64,000 bases of DNA from Azolla caroliniana. Taxonomy: Eukaryota; Plantae; Polypodiophyta. Positions 63,106-64,000 of the stretch are shown here, one piece after another; the stretch's first letter is position 1, and every line of letters starts with the position of its first letter. Position numbers and translations under genes: made by a program. The notes beneath the pieces were generated by a model. The model did not search any database and had not been told where the DNA came from. It saw nothing but the letters and a program-made list of their open reading frames with translations. The stretch is from NCBI GenBank assembly GCA_043228905.1, contig JBHGNT010000015.1, forward strand, positions 16,740,001 through 16,804,000, given 5' to 3'.

Positions 63106-64000
63106 TCCCGTACTAAAAACTCATCCCTCCATTCAGCATATTGCTCTATACATCGTGAATCTAACAATAATGCTTACTAATGTCATTGCATCAAACGTTC
63201 TATCGCGATTGAGAAAAGGTGTGGGTTTTGTATACAAGGAAGCTAATCCCACCATGTCTATTACAATGCTATTGTAGGAAGAAAATGTTTATATCATAAT
63301 ATGAGTAGCAAGAACACCAATTGATGAGAAGGAAATACATAAAATTTCATATTGCATGTATGGAACAGTCAGGACTAGTAATCTTTTCAATCCAATCTTT
63401 ACAAATTTATTTGTTTTGAACATCTATACACAAACTGGAGCTACATAAATTTAAGCCCTATTGTTCATGGAACCCCACATTCTTAAATATGCCAGATCTC
63501 CTTTGCATACTATTGTATGATCCGACTGCTACTGAACTTTCTTGAAACTGGAGTAACTCAAGATGGACATTACATCGGTCAACTATAGCCAGCATCTTAT
63601 CATTTACCGATACTCCAATAATGGATGCTTTTAACACAGTTTGTTTGAACTTTTATCTGGAGATGAAGAATTAAGAGTTTTCACTACTTTTAGATATACG
63701 AAAAGAAGTGTTAGCTGAAATTTGTTTTATCCACTGTCTAGCAAATTAATGTCGATGGAACAAAATGCACTCAAATTTTGTTATTTCCCTAGTGTGCTGA
63801 TTCACCACCACTGGATGAGATTTGGGGAGGTCAAGAAAACAAACTCTGAAGACTGAGATCAATATGGTGGTGGGCAAAGTGATAAGAACAATTCATAACA
63901 ATTTGTTCGCATGTTGTGTGCCATTATCAAAGGGATTATCACAATTTCTTGCAATATAGATGAGGACATTGCGATTGATGTTCAATGAATTTGGCACTCT

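Noticed and set aside
63460-64000. Coding-like minus-strand stretches at the window end
   Set aside because: Frames under 60 aa, broken by stops, with no motif; cannot be assigned.

Overview
Eukaryotic nuclear DNA from a land plant, probably a fern or other non-seed lineage (inferred from the retroelement families). Bases ~2.0-52.3 kb are a deeply nested transposon pile. Two related Mutator-like (MULE) TIR elements in opposite orientation (2025-36525 and 36737-52286) interrupt one (TATG)n-rich minisatellite just upstream of a host gene. MULE-1 holds a decayed Ty1/copia element. That element in turn holds a tRNA-Trp-primed Ty3/gypsy element, a second antisense copia, two self-priming Tcn1/Tf1-like chromoviruses (one apparently intact and very young, 30050-35717), a non-chromovirus Ty3 with a ~1000-codon extra ORF, and several solo LTRs. 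MULE-2 carries decayed Ulp1-like protease and MULE/SWIM transposase genes, a full-length Trp-primed Ty3 element in its left TIR, and a solo LTR. Two host genes follow in convergent orientation: a 3-exon MaoC/hotdog dehydratase (mitochondrial 3-hydroxyacyl-ACP dehydratase-like, +) and a 2-exon mitochondrial calcium uniporter (-). AT-rich DNA with tandem repeats fills the rest. The best novelty candidates are antisense tRNA-like A/B-box modules at the U3 edge of both chromovirus LTR families, a Trp-primed Ty3 clade with 4-bp TSDs and a -1 frameshift after the protease, conserved -1 frameshift and self-priming RNA structures, and the composite Ulp1-carrying MULE. All calls were made by eye, with no database searches.
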